Shown: positions 28,704 to 37,800 of the stretch, piece after piece | Position numbering within the stretch: the stretch's first letter is position 1 | How the letters are laid out: each line of letters begins with the position of its first letter | Position numbers and translations under genes: made by a program | The notes under the pieces: generated by a model | Database searches by the model: none | Told to the model about the DNA's origin: nothing | What the model saw: only the letters and a program-made list of their open reading frames with translations | Source: Bacteroidales bacterium | GTDB lineage: Bacteria > Bacteroidota > Bacteroidia > Bacteroidales > FEN-979 | Length of the DNA: 64,000 bases | Direction of reading: 5' to 3' | Assembly: GCA_014860625.1 (NCBI GenBank) | Contig: JACZJJ010000088.1 | Span: 12,468 to 76,467 of the forward strand

Positions 28704-30580
28704 CTAATCGTTTTCTGAAATAATAATTTGGTTCTGTGTTCAGTTTCCTTAATGGTGCTCAGATAATTAGCCAGTTCTTCGAAATCACTTCTGGCAAAAC
28801 TACCAGCTATAAGTTCATACGTTCGCGTCAGAATTAACCTACCAGAGTCGTTGTTGAATCTTAGGGTATACGTCCCAAACTTGCTTGAAATCTCAATGTC
28901 GTCTTTTACAACTGGCAACCAACCCGAAGGGTACTGGTACTCTATCGTATCATTTATGGAGACTGGGTAAGGAATGTAAATTGATGCTTTTCTGGAAGAA
29001 ATTTTCTCAGGAATAGGTAGCGCTAGCGGTGTCAGCTCGGCTATTATACCATTCTGATATGGCTGGATGAAATGTGGTACATCTCCCAATACAGTGATAG
29101 TTAGTCGGGCTGTATCTCGATTGAAATGTTGGATGTTGAATGAATCGAGATGAAAATTTTTAGACGTGAATTCATCCTCCAGAATCTCAGAAAAGTTGGT
29201 GAGGTTTAAATTTGCCTCCAGCGCCAGAATTTGTTCAAATAAATACCCTTTAAGCCGAAAGTTAATTCTGGAGGTTGTTGAAAATTTTGAATCGATATGA
29301 AATGTGATTCGTCGTTGAATGCTGACATCCTTACTTAATAACCTGGGAGTATTTGTAAGATAGCTCTCTGTCCCATTGATAACCAGGCATCCACGATCGT
29401 GGATAAATGACCCCACATAGCCTGTTGGAATTTGATTATTGGTACATTCGAGCCAAAGTGTGTCTCCATGGTTTGGAACCATCAGAATGACATGATTGAA
29501 TTGTTGACCTGGTAAGTCGGTAATTAATTCAGTCCTCTTTCTACCTGAATTAATGAGGGTATAACAGGATTCTATCCCAACATTCTCAAGGATTGATCGC
29601 ATGTATAGTGTCAGCGCTTTGCAATCGCCATATTTATTGCGTGAAACATAGGCTGGCGAATGGGGCTTTAACCCTCCGATATCCAAAGCAATATTGAGAT
29701 ACCGGGTATTATCCTGCAAATAATGATAGAGTGTTGAAATCCTTTCCCTGTCATTTGTTATTCCCTCAACAAGTTGCCTGATGTGTACCTTCTCAAGTTC
29801 GGGCAATGGTTCGGTGTCCTGGAGGAGATCTGCAAAGTATTTTCCGAATTGGGCCCAACTCATTGCCTGGCCGGCAACCCCATATGTAAACTTTTGTGGT
29901 ACAACAATTACGCGAGGTACTAAGTCCCTGAATGGAGGTGAAAAGATTTCATAGGGAAGGATAGTATCATAGTTGGATGACCACTTATAGGTTATATTTC
30001 CTGTTGAAGTATCAATAACAGGCTCAGAAATTAATCTCTGAAAGATGTCCACCTTATAATTCACTGGGATATTGAGTGTCAAAAAAGCTGAAAGTGTAGG
30101 AATATCCGAATCATAAATAGGTGTCCAGTCAATAATATTTACAAACTCTTTTTGTGAATAAGTGGTTGAAAGCCTTATCCGGTAAGGAAATTTGTGATAG
30201 GCAAGAGAAAACTCTTTCCTGAAGTAATCACTATAGTAACTCCCATCATACATTTCACTAATTGTAGAAATCTCTTTCTTTCCCAGTTCCCGAATCAGAT
30301 TTCCCCTGATGTCTTCAATGGAAGCATGAAGAACTGTCAATTTGTTTAGTTTTGAGTAGGGGATTGAGAACCAGGCTAATTTTTCACCTTCGCGGTTGTT
30401 TATTTCAAACAGAATAGTAGTTTCTGTGACCAACTCATTTCGATAAACAGAATATACTGAATTCAAAGAAATTACCTTACAATTCTCCCTCGATGACCCA
30501 TAAATCATAGTGTTTGCAAACAAAAGGTATAGAAAGAAACAGGAAAAACACCAGGAACACCGTTTGATTTTCATTTTCAC
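28700..30580 (-). CDS. DUF3857/transglutaminase-like cysteine-protease-fold protein (Cys/His present)
   Basis: 626 aa with a signal peptide and the YGDCKALTLYMRSILENVGI and FNHVILMV motifs. The start is GTG 30580 or ATG 30574. Confidence 0.75.
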   Translation of the reverse strand: MKMKIKRCSWCFSCFFLYLLFANTMIYGSSRENCKVISLNSVYSVYRNELVTETTILFEINNREGEKLAWFSIPYSKLNKLTVLHASIEDIRGNLIRELGKKEISTISEMYDGSYYSDYFRKEFSLAYHKFPYRIRLSTTYSQKEFVNIIDWTPIYDSDIPTLSAFLTLNIPVNYKVDIFQRLISEPVIDTSTGNITYKWSSNYDTILPYEIFSPPFRDLVPRVIVVPQKFTYGVAGQAMSWAQFGKYFADLLQDTEPLPELEKVHIRQLVEGITNDRERISTLYHYLQDNTRYLNIALDIGGLKPHSPAYVSRNKYGDCKALTLYMRSILENVGIESCYTLINSGRKRTELITDLPGQQFNHVILMVPNHGDTLWLECTNNQIPTGYVGSFIHDRGCLVINGTESYLTNTPRLLSKDVSIQRRITFHIDSKFSTTSRINFRLKGYLFEQILALEANLNLTNFSEILEDEFTSKNFHLDSFNIQHFNRDTARLTITVLGDVPHFIQPYQNGIIAELTPLALPIPEKISSRKASIYIPYPVSINDTIEYQYPSGWLPVVKDDIEISSKFGTYTLRFNNDSGRLILTRTYELIAGSFARSDFEELANYLSTIKETEHRTKLLFQKTIR

Positions 30581-33500
30581 TGGGTTACAGGAATAATTAC
30601 AGACTTAATATTATATTTTTCAGGTACCGCGTCAAAATCAACTAAAAACTTAGTTACAAAACCCTCCCTGGACAGGAATTTCCCGTTTTCAACACTTTTC
30701 TCATCTGCAGGGGAGGAGTTCCAAACGGAAAGGGTATCTGAAGATCCGGCCAATCCCTCGAGATCGATTAGGTATTTACTGCCTTTTAAGTTGGCATCGA
30801 TAATCCGCATTCCTTCTGCCGGAGAGCCGGGAAGAGGGGATGTTACCTTGGGGAGCACGGAAATACCGCCGTTGTACTTCACGACGACCGTTGTGGTTCC
30901 ATCAATGATGAAGTTCATCTGCAGTGTGATAAACCGGGATGTTGTGAAGGATGCGAAAGGATATTCCTGCTCATTCAGCATCACCTGTCCGATTTTTGTT
31001 CCGGGAGGTAATGCCAGCATCATGTTTACTTTAATAGGCTGAATGCCCGAACGATAAAACTGCCATGCGTAAGCCGTTGCATCTCGGTTGAAGGAAACAT
31101 TGACTGCCTGATCTCCTATGCGGATGTGTTTCACGGTGATGTGATCCCAATCAGCCGGAAGTCGGGGAGAGATGTTCAGTGTTCTGTTTGGCGCATCGAC
31201 GTCAATTCCAAGCATCCCTTCAATGATGGGTTGCAATACCATGGTTTCCGACCAGCACTGGTGCGGACAAACACCGGAGGGCTGGTATTCAGATCCGTTT
31301 AGCACCTCCTCAACATACCCCAACCCCCAATTTCCGTATCCATTCAGGTTGTTCATGATATGCGAAAAACCCTGTACATAATTCCCGTAGCGGTATTCGG
31401 CCAGGGCAGTCCAGCCCGTAAAGAGAGGCCAGACACTGCCGTAGTGATATCCGGTCGGCTTAAACATCGGGCTCTCTTCTCCGATAATCCTTGTCCCCCA
31501 GTTAGTTGAGAAACTGTTTGATGCATACTTGTCAAGAAGAAATCGCATCAAAAATTGATTTGTAAGACCGAAGTACGCCGGAACAGCCGGAAGAATGGTG
31601 GCGTCCGATCTCTGGGAGCGGTTTTTATTGAGACCATACGCGTAAAACTGCTTCGATGAGTTCCAAAATGTCTGATCGATCAGGTTTCTGAGAAGTTTCG
31701 CCTCCTGTTTGTACTGGGTTGTTTCGCTGACTCCAATAGCTTCAGCTATGGTTCCGGCTGCTTCAAGCGCAGCTACCCAGCATCCGGTCAGGTAAAACGA
31801 GGAGTGAGAGCCAAACAGTTTTCCTCCTTCCACCCAGCCATGCCCCACATTGGTATTCTCAATCAGGTGGTCCTGATCGGTATCGGTGGAGAAACAGAAG
31901 TCGATGGCTTTCTTAATTCCTTTCCAATTGGACCGGATGAAGGCTGTGTCGCCAGATTTCGAAAAATATTCCCCCGCGAGAAGGAGAAAAAGGGGGGTGG
32001 CATCCGAGGCGTCATAGTGGATGACTCCTGAGGTAGTTGCCTCATGCAGGATTTTTCCATTCAGATCCTGGTACTTCAGGTAAAACTCCAGGTTCTTTCT
32101 GACCTTTTCAACGTCGCCGTAATCGAGAATGGCAAGTCCGCTCCATTCACCGTCGCGACCGAAATACCATGCATACCCGGGCCTTCCGCTCACCTTCTGC
32201 TCTCCGTCCCACCCCCGGCGGGTTGTTCCATATCCCGCTACCAGGGCGGAACCCATCCCGGGAGTGGTAACAAAAAAGCGGTCGGTTCCCAGAAGAGCCC
32301 ATTTGTATCCGTCATTGAAGTTGTTATCCGGAGTAGTGACCATGAGGCTCCTTGTGAAAAGATCCTCCACATGCAACTGAGACCTTCTAAAAACCTCCCG
32401 GGGTTTCCTGATTGCCTGATCAAAACTGGCTGTTGCCTCTTCCATTCCATTCATGCCCGATGCAAAAGCCACATCAAGCGACTCGCCTGTATGAAGGGAA
32501 TAGCGCATTCCGGCATCCACGATAAAACCATCTCCCTGCCTTGCTTCGTGTGTCAGAGGAATTTTATTCCCTCCCACCATCACGGCCATATCCCCTGATT
32601 TGTCTCCGAAACAGAATGCGTGGTAATCCTTGTCCCATCCATAGCAGATTGAACTGATGGAGCCGGCCGCATAAGGCCACATCAACCGAAGGTTTGTGCT
32701 GAACCGTATCTCAAGATTGATCGTCTCATCTCCATACCAGGTGTAGTGAACTACACCAAAGGGGAGGGTTGGATCTGCTGCAACAACTTCATCCAGGATG
32801 CCTTGATCCAGTTGATAATGACGGATGAAGCCATCGGGGCGGATTTCGATCTCAGGTTTCAGATCGCTTAGCCAATTGATACTGTCAGATGCCAGACGCC
32901 GTTGCCCCGTAGCTCCGCTCTTTGCCATGACAAGGATGCCGGTTTCGAAATCCCGGATCGCCATAAAGGGATGGGTCCAGATCTCTTCGATGCCTCCTTT
33001 TTCCTGACACATAATCAGAATTCTCTCTCCGGCGGCTTCGCAATAGGCATTTGTTGCCGGATGAACAGGGAAAGCCAGCGGATCAGGTTTTATATTCCAT
33101 GGGATGGCTTCCGGTAATGCATCAAAAAGAACATCGCGGTTTTGAACCTTTTCCTCACATTCTACCACTGTGGTAGGAGAGTAATCCCAGTAAAACCTGG
33201 GATGGTTGTCCAGTTTCCCTGTCAGATAACCGAGGAGGTTTTTTGAAAAGGTTTCGAGGTGAAGCCGTTGATCGTTCGGTAAGGCAAATTGTGTATAGGC
33301 ACCCACTGCCATCAACTTACCTTTCCCAACCTCATACTCTATGATCACTTTCGAACTGTCACGGAAGAAAATGTAATCCCAGTCGATGGCTACAACGTTC
33401 CCCTGTGCGGGAATAGTATCACCAAAGAAACCGTTGACCCTTACCGTCATATCATGGGTTGGCTTGCAGATGTAAGCTCCTCCATGTAATCCGGAAAAGA

Positions 33501-34128
33501 GGGGATGCTCCCTGAAAGCATGAAAACCGAGTTTTCTGCCGTAACCTTCATCAACTGATGCCTTGCGCTTCACCGAGGGAACCGTAGTCTCTACACCCAG
33601 CAGATTGATATAGGGAAACGCATCGAGAGTCAACAACACACTGCCGCCATTTTTAAGGTACTCCAGTATCTGCCTGATCACTTTCTGGTCAGCCTCGTCG
33701 TCTGTAAACGCTGAACTGTCGGATCTGTGAAACCAAACCACCGATGCCTCCTGAAACTGTTTCGGATATTTCCTCAGCTCCTGAAACGTGCTGTATTTCA
33801 ATGAATAATCATCAAGAGTCCGAACAAATTCCATGGCAGACACAAGCTCTGTATCTGCAAAAGCTAAAGGTTCTTCACCCACCATTAAAATCACTCTCAT
33901 CTCACCGATACCCTCTTCCTTCTTCCCTCGTCCCTCTTCCTTCGTCCTTCTTCCCTCATCCTTCTTCCTTCTTCCCTCATCCTTCGTCCCTCTTCCCTCG
34001 TCCTTCGTTAAACGAATCGTATGTCTTCTCGTATCCGCTCCTTTTATTCCCTGCGAAATCCCTTCAGTTGGACAAAATGTCACGAAAACGAAGAGTATAA
34101 GAGCTGCTAATAGTTTGTTCCGATTCAT
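30577..34128 (-). CDS. large secreted protein: charged heptad linker + GATase1/ThuA-like region + amylo-alpha-1,6-glucosidase (GDE_C)-like (alpha/alpha)6 domain
   Basis: 1183 aa with a signal peptide. GYAWYFGRDGEWSGLAIL...YQDLNGKILHE..DATPLFLLLAGEY resembles the glycogen-debranching GDE_C family. ATGA overlap with the upstream HAD gene. Confidence 0.7.
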   Translation of the reverse strand: MNRNKLLAALILFVFVTFCPTEGISQGIKGADTRRHTIRLTKDEGRGTKDEGRRKKDEGRRTKEEGRGKKEEGIGEMRVILMVGEEPLAFADTELVSAMEFVRTLDDYSLKYSTFQELRKYPKQFQEASVVWFHRSDSSAFTDDEADQKVIRQILEYLKNGGSVLLTLDAFPYINLLGVETTVPSVKRKASVDEGYGRKLGFHAFREHPLFSGLHGGAYICKPTHDMTVRVNGFFGDTIPAQGNVVAIDWDYIFFRDSSKVIIEYEVGKGKLMAVGAYTQFALPNDQRLHLETFSKNLLGYLTGKLDNHPRFYWDYSPTTVVECEEKVQNRDVLFDALPEAIPWNIKPDPLAFPVHPATNAYCEAAGERILIMCQEKGGIEEIWTHPFMAIRDFETGILVMAKSGATGQRRLASDSINWLSDLKPEIEIRPDGFIRHYQLDQGILDEVVAADPTLPFGVVHYTWYGDETINLEIRFSTNLRLMWPYAAGSISSICYGWDKDYHAFCFGDKSGDMAVMVGGNKIPLTHEARQGDGFIVDAGMRYSLHTGESLDVAFASGMNGMEEATASFDQAIRKPREVFRRSQLHVEDLFTRSLMVTTPDNNFNDGYKWALLGTDRFFVTTPGMGSALVAGYGTTRRGWDGEQKVSGRPGYAWYFGRDGEWSGLAILDYGDVEKVRKNLEFYLKYQDLNGKILHEATTSGVIHYDASDATPLFLLLAGEYFSKSGDTAFIRSNWKGIKKAIDFCFSTDTDQDHLIENTNVGHGWVEGGKLFGSHSSFYLTGCWVAALEAAGTIAEAIGVSETTQYKQEAKLLRNLIDQTFWNSSKQFYAYGLNKNRSQRSDATILPAVPAYFGLTNQFLMRFLLDKYASNSFSTNWGTRIIGEESPMFKPTGYHYGSVWPLFTGWTALAEYRYGNYVQGFSHIMNNLNGYGNWGLGYVEEVLNGSEYQPSGVCPHQCWSETMVLQPIIEGMLGIDVDAPNRTLNISPRLPADWDHITVKHIRIGDQAVNVSFNRDATAYAWQFYRSGIQPIKVNMMLALPPGTKIGQVMLNEQEYPFASFTTSRFITLQMNFIIDGTTTVVVKYNGGISVLPKVTSPLPGSPAEGMRIIDANLKGSKYLIDLEGLAGSSDTLSVWNSSPADEKSVENGKFLSREGFVTKFLVDFDAVPEKYNIKSVIIPVTQ
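33910..34008. repeat. 21-bp in-frame tandem repeat (about 4.7 copies) encoding TKDEGRG/TKDEGRR/KKDEGRR/TKEEGRG/KKEEG
   Basis: Read directly from the DNA (ccctcttccttcgtccttctt... units) and from the protein, residues 41-73 of the 1183-aa ORF. Confidence 0.9.
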
Positions 34129-34772
34129 AATTTGCCAACAAATTCAGTCAGTGATGAAAATATGGGTACTCCGGCCGACAGGATCCGTTCCTCCGAGTGA
34201 TGTCCGTTTGGAATCAGGATACAATCCACGCCAATTTCGTTCGCAACTTCAGCATCATGAAGGGTGTCTCCGACAAAGATCACCTCCTGCCTTGGAATCC
34301 CCAGATCCCTGAGAAGTCTGACGCCTACTTCCGTTTTGCCATGGGCATAATGATCATCCAATCCCCTGATCTGATCAAAAAACGAATTCACTTCCAATGC
34401 AATGGTTTCCGCCAGAAGTTCATTCTGTTCACGGGCCGAGAGAATGCTTTGCCTATATCCCTTTAGTTCGCAGTAGGGCAGTAGATGTTTGACTTCCGAA
34501 TGCAAATGGCATTCGTGTTGCCTCTGGTTGTAGAGTACCATGAATTCCATCCCTACCTCTTCAAAAGGTTCTTTTTCAAAATCAAAACCAAGTTTTTCGT
34601 AATAATTCCTCACAGGAAAGTTAAAGATAGAACGGTATAATTCCACGGTCAGAAGTGGCAGCTTTCGTTTGCCGAGCATTCCATTCATCACTTCCACGCA
34701 CAACCAGGCATCGTTCAGCAATGTTCCGTTCCAATCCCAGATAATATGTGAGTACCGGTTTAATTCCATCAT
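34125..34772 (-). CDS. HAD-superfamily hydrolase (phosphoglycolate-phosphatase-like)
   Basis: 215 aa with motif I-like IIWDWNGTLLND and a C-terminal FVGDTLHDAEVA motif. Confidence 0.8.
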   Translation of the reverse strand: MMELNRYSHIIWDWNGTLLNDAWLCVEVMNGMLGKRKLPLLTVELYRSIFNFPVRNYYEKLGFDFEKEPFEEVGMEFMVLYNQRQHECHLHSEVKHLLPYCELKGYRQSILSAREQNELLAETIALEVNSFFDQIRGLDDHYAHGKTEVGVRLLRDLGIPRQEVIFVGDTLHDAEVANEIGVDCILIPNGHHSEERILSAGVPIFSSLTEFVGKL

Positions 34773-34784
34773 CTTCAGTTTCTT

Positions 34785-34792
34785 TATCTTTG
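34785..34792 (+). promoter_or_regulatory. Bacteroidota -7 promoter box (TAtcTTTG) upstream of the radical SAM gene
   Basis: Exact TAnnTTTG match in the divergent intergenic region. ATG 34873 lies 80 nt downstream. Confidence 0.4.
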
Positions 34793-34872
34793 CGCTCTTC
34801 GTGCCTTTGCAACGCAGCGTTAATAGTCTTCATTTGTACAGCACGAAAATAACGAAAAACTGGTCACCTCGC

Positions 34873-35817
34873 ATGGACTTTTCCTCCCCGCTATCGGAAC
34901 TCGATGTACTGCATGATTGTGTTATATGTCCCCGGAATTGTCATGCCGACAGATTCAGCCAGAAATTGGGTTATTGCAAATCAGGAGCTGACTTCACAAT
35001 TTCTTCGATCTGCATTCACCGGGGGGAGGAGCCTGTTATCATTGGTTCAAGGGGCATATGCAACATTTTCTTTACGCATTGCAATCTGCAGTGCAGCTTT
35101 TGCCAGAACCATCAAATCAGCGACAATAATATTCAGAATACTTTTTACACCTTGTCGTTGGAAGCTGCAACAGGACAAATCACAAGGATTCTCGACCAGG
35201 GAATCAACATGGTTGGATTTGTTTCCCCCTCACATATGATTCCCCAGATGAAAGCCATCATCCGGGCCGTGGAGAGTCTGGGATATAAACCTACATGGGT
35301 ATATAATACCAATGGGTTTGACAAGGTTGAGTCGATCCGCGATCTGGAAGGTGTGATTGATGTTTACCTGCCCGATCTGAAATACATGGATGCCGACCTT
35401 TCTAAAAGACTTTCTGATGCTCCTGATTATCCGGAAGTTGCAGGTGCTGCTCTCAAAGAGATGCTTCGGCAAAAAGGGACTACACTGCGCTTGAATGAAG
35501 AGGGTTATGCTGAATCGGGAATCCTGATCCGCCACCTGGTACTTCCCGGTTATATTCAGAACAGCCTGGAGGTTCTGCGGTTCATTGCCGAAGAGCTCTC
35601 CCCGCTGCTCCATATCGGACTGATGTCGCAATATTATCCTTCCCACAAGGCTTCTGCGGATAGAAATCTCTCCAGATCACTTGCAAAACATGAGTATCAA
35701 GCCGTCGTGAATGTGCTTGAAGAACTTGGAATGAGCAGGGGATTTATCCAGGAATTGGATAGTTTTAACCATTACAGGCCCGATTTCAACAAAAACCACC
35801 CGTTCGAAAAGGATTAA
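34873..35817 (+). CDS. radical SAM protein (PflX / pyruvate-formate-lyase-activase-like)
   Basis: 314 aa from ATG 34873. It has an N-terminal C-x2-C-x3-C (CVICPRNCHADR) plus the CNLQCSFCQN radical-SAM cluster motif. The track start 34669 overlaps the HAD gene. Confidence 0.85.
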   Translation: MDFSSPLSELDVLHDCVICPRNCHADRFSQKLGYCKSGADFTISSICIHRGEEPVIIGSRGICNIFFTHCNLQCSFCQNHQISDNNIQNTFYTLSLEAATGQITRILDQGINMVGFVSPSHMIPQMKAIIRAVESLGYKPTWVYNTNGFDKVESIRDLEGVIDVYLPDLKYMDADLSKRLSDAPDYPEVAGAALKEMLRQKGTTLRLNEEGYAESGILIRHLVLPGYIQNSLEVLRFIAEELSPLLHIGLMSQYYPSHKASADRNLSRSLAKHEYQAVVNVLEELGMSRGFIQELDSFNHYRPDFNKNHPFEKD

Positions 35818-35821
35818 TTTC

Positions 35822-35829
35822 TACATTTG
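35822..35829 (+). promoter_or_regulatory. Bacteroidota -7 promoter box (TAcaTTTG) upstream of pepC
   Basis: Exact TAnnTTTG match, 41 nt upstream of ATG 35870. Confidence 0.45.
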
Positions 35830-35869
35830 GGAGCTGAAAAATGAGTCCACTCACACAATAAACCTATTC

Positions 35870-37081
35870 ATGATGAAAAAAACCATTACCATTTTAGCTA
35901 TGTGTTTTCTGGGGTTTTCACTTTCCATTCACGCCCAGGATACCGTGAAAGAGAAGCAAGCTGATTCGGCTTATGTTTTTACGGATGTGATCAAACTGCC
36001 TGCAACACCTGTGAAAAACCAGTACAGATCGGGAACTTGCTGGAGTTACTCAGCACTCTCATTTCTTGAGTCAGAATTACTCCGGATGGGGAAAGACACC
36101 TTTGACCTTTCCGAAATGTTTGTTGTCTACAAAACATACTCCGACAAAGCTCCCATTTATGTGCGCTTTCATGGAGAACACAACTTTGGTGGCGGTGGAG
36201 CCGCGCACGACGTTCCCTATGTGTTAAAGAACTACGGGCTCGTTCCTGATCAAGTGTATAATGGACTTGTGATTGGTGAAGAGAATCCGGTTCACGGAGA
36301 GATGGATGCCGTCCTGAAAGCCTATGTCGACGCTGTCATTACAAATCCGAACAAGAAGTTGAGTCCCGTCTGGCACACAGGCTTTAATGGAATCCTCGAT
36401 GCCTATCTGGGGGATATTCCTGAAACCTTCACGTATGAAGGCGTAGAATACACTCCGAAAACGTTCGGAGATATGCTCGGACTGAACCCCGACGACTATG
36501 TTGAGATTGCTTCATTCTCCCACCATCCTTTTTATGAGAAGTTCATCCTGGAGGTGCCTGACAACTGGCTTATGGATGAAGTTTATAATGTTCCCCTGGA
36601 TGAGCTGATTCAAATCCTTGATAACTCACTGAAGGAAGGATATACAGTAGTTTGGGGCAGTGATGTCAGTGAGAAAGGATTCTCCTGGAAGAATGGCGTG
36701 GCCATTGTTCCCGATAAGGATGCCCCTGAACTGGCAGGACTTGAACAGGGAAAATGGGAAAAGATGTCTGATAAAGACAAAGATGCCATGCTCTACAAAT
36801 TTCAGTGTCCGGTACCCGAAAAAAAGATCACCCAGGAGATGCGTCAGGAGGAGTTCGACAATTATAAGTCGACCGACGATCACGGAATGCACATTATCGG
36901 GTTGGCTAAAGACCAAAACGGAAGTGTCTACTACATTGTGAAGAACTCATGGGGCAACACTGACCATAAATACGAGGGCTATTTCTACGCTTCACAGCCG
37001 TTTGTAGCGCTGAAAACCATGGACCTCATGGTTCATAAGAATGCTATTCCCAAGGATATCCGGAAAAAACTGGGCCTGTAA
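35870..37081 (+). CDS. pepC: aminopeptidase C / bleomycin-hydrolase-type C1 cysteine peptidase
   Basis: 403 aa with the QYRSGTCWSYS active-site Cys motif and a C-terminal HGMHIIG...NSWG. Confidence 0.9.
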   Translation: MMKKTITILAMCFLGFSLSIHAQDTVKEKQADSAYVFTDVIKLPATPVKNQYRSGTCWSYSALSFLESELLRMGKDTFDLSEMFVVYKTYSDKAPIYVRFHGEHNFGGGGAAHDVPYVLKNYGLVPDQVYNGLVIGEENPVHGEMDAVLKAYVDAVITNPNKKLSPVWHTGFNGILDAYLGDIPETFTYEGVEYTPKTFGDMLGLNPDDYVEIASFSHHPFYEKFILEVPDNWLMDEVYNVPLDELIQILDNSLKEGYTVVWGSDVSEKGFSWKNGVAIVPDKDAPELAGLEQGKWEKMSDKDKDAMLYKFQCPVPEKKITQEMRQEEFDNYKSTDDHGMHIIGLAKDQNGSVYYIVKNSWGNTDHKYEGYFYASQPFVALKTMDLMVHKNAIPKDIRKKLGL

Positions 37082-37754
37082 ACCAGCTCCCTCTCCTCGT
37101 TGGCGTTTTAATTGCTTCCTCAAGCATGTTCAGGTATTCTGTGCGGGGCATCAGCATGGCTCCCATGCGCAGGAAGTGCTCTGTTTCAACCTGGCAGTCA
37201 ATGAAGGTGAAATCCCAGGCCATCAATTGCTTAACCAGATGATAGAGCGCCACTTTTGATGCATTTGGGGAGGTAAAAAACATGCTCTCTCCAAAAAAGG
37301 CTTTACCAAGCGAGAGCCCATACAGCCCGCCAACAAGTTCTCCTTTATGATAACACTCCACCGAGTGTGCAAAGCCTTTCTTGTACAGGTTTGTGTAGCC
37401 TTCAATAAACTCGTCACTGATCCATGTATCGGGCTCGTGTGCGCGTTTGATTCTGGCACACTGACGGATAACAGCTTCGAAATCAGTATCCATCCTTACT
37501 TCAAAACGGTCCGAACGGATAATCCGTTCCAGAGATTTTGAGACCTTAAGCTTATCCGGGAAAAGTACCAGTCTGGGATCTGGTGAGAACCAGTAGGGCT
37601 CTCCTTCGTGAACAAACCAGGGAAAGATTCCCGAGGCATAGGCGTTTAACAATCTGTCTGTTGAAAAATCCCCGCCGATTGCCAGCAATCCCTCTTCTTC
37701 CGCCTCATTAGCAGGAGGGAAAACAGGTTCATCCGGTAATAAATAAACAGGCAT
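37044..37754 (-). CDS. aat: leucyl/phenylalanyl-tRNA--protein transferase
   Basis: 236 aa with LLAIGGDFSTDRLLNAYASGIFPWF and GESMF motifs. Confidence 0.9.
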   Translation of the reverse strand: MPVYLLPDEPVFPPANEAEEEGLLAIGGDFSTDRLLNAYASGIFPWFVHEGEPYWFSPDPRLVLFPDKLKVSKSLERIIRSDRFEVRMDTDFEAVIRQCARIKRAHEPDTWISDEFIEGYTNLYKKGFAHSVECYHKGELVGGLYGLSLGKAFFGESMFFTSPNASKVALYHLVKQLMAWDFTFIDCQVETEHFLRMGAMLMPRTEYLNMLEEAIKTPTRRGSWFTGPVFSGYPWE

Positions 37755-37756
37755 AT

Positions 37757-37800
37757 TATCCAGCGTCCAGTGATCCAGTCATCTAGTTATCAGTTGACGT
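37757..37800. repeat. period-7/8 degenerate array (tatccagc/gtccagt/gatccagt/catctagt/tatcagt/tgacgt..)
   Basis: Read directly from the sequence. It fills the aat-start to aminotransferase-stop gap and spans the stop at 37790-37792. Confidence 0.7.

Noticed and set aside
33744-34312. Plus-strand ORFs with striking PSSF/PLPSS repeats.
   Set aside because: They are the antisense reading of the 21-bp KDEGR repeat inside the 1183-aa gene, not independent genes.
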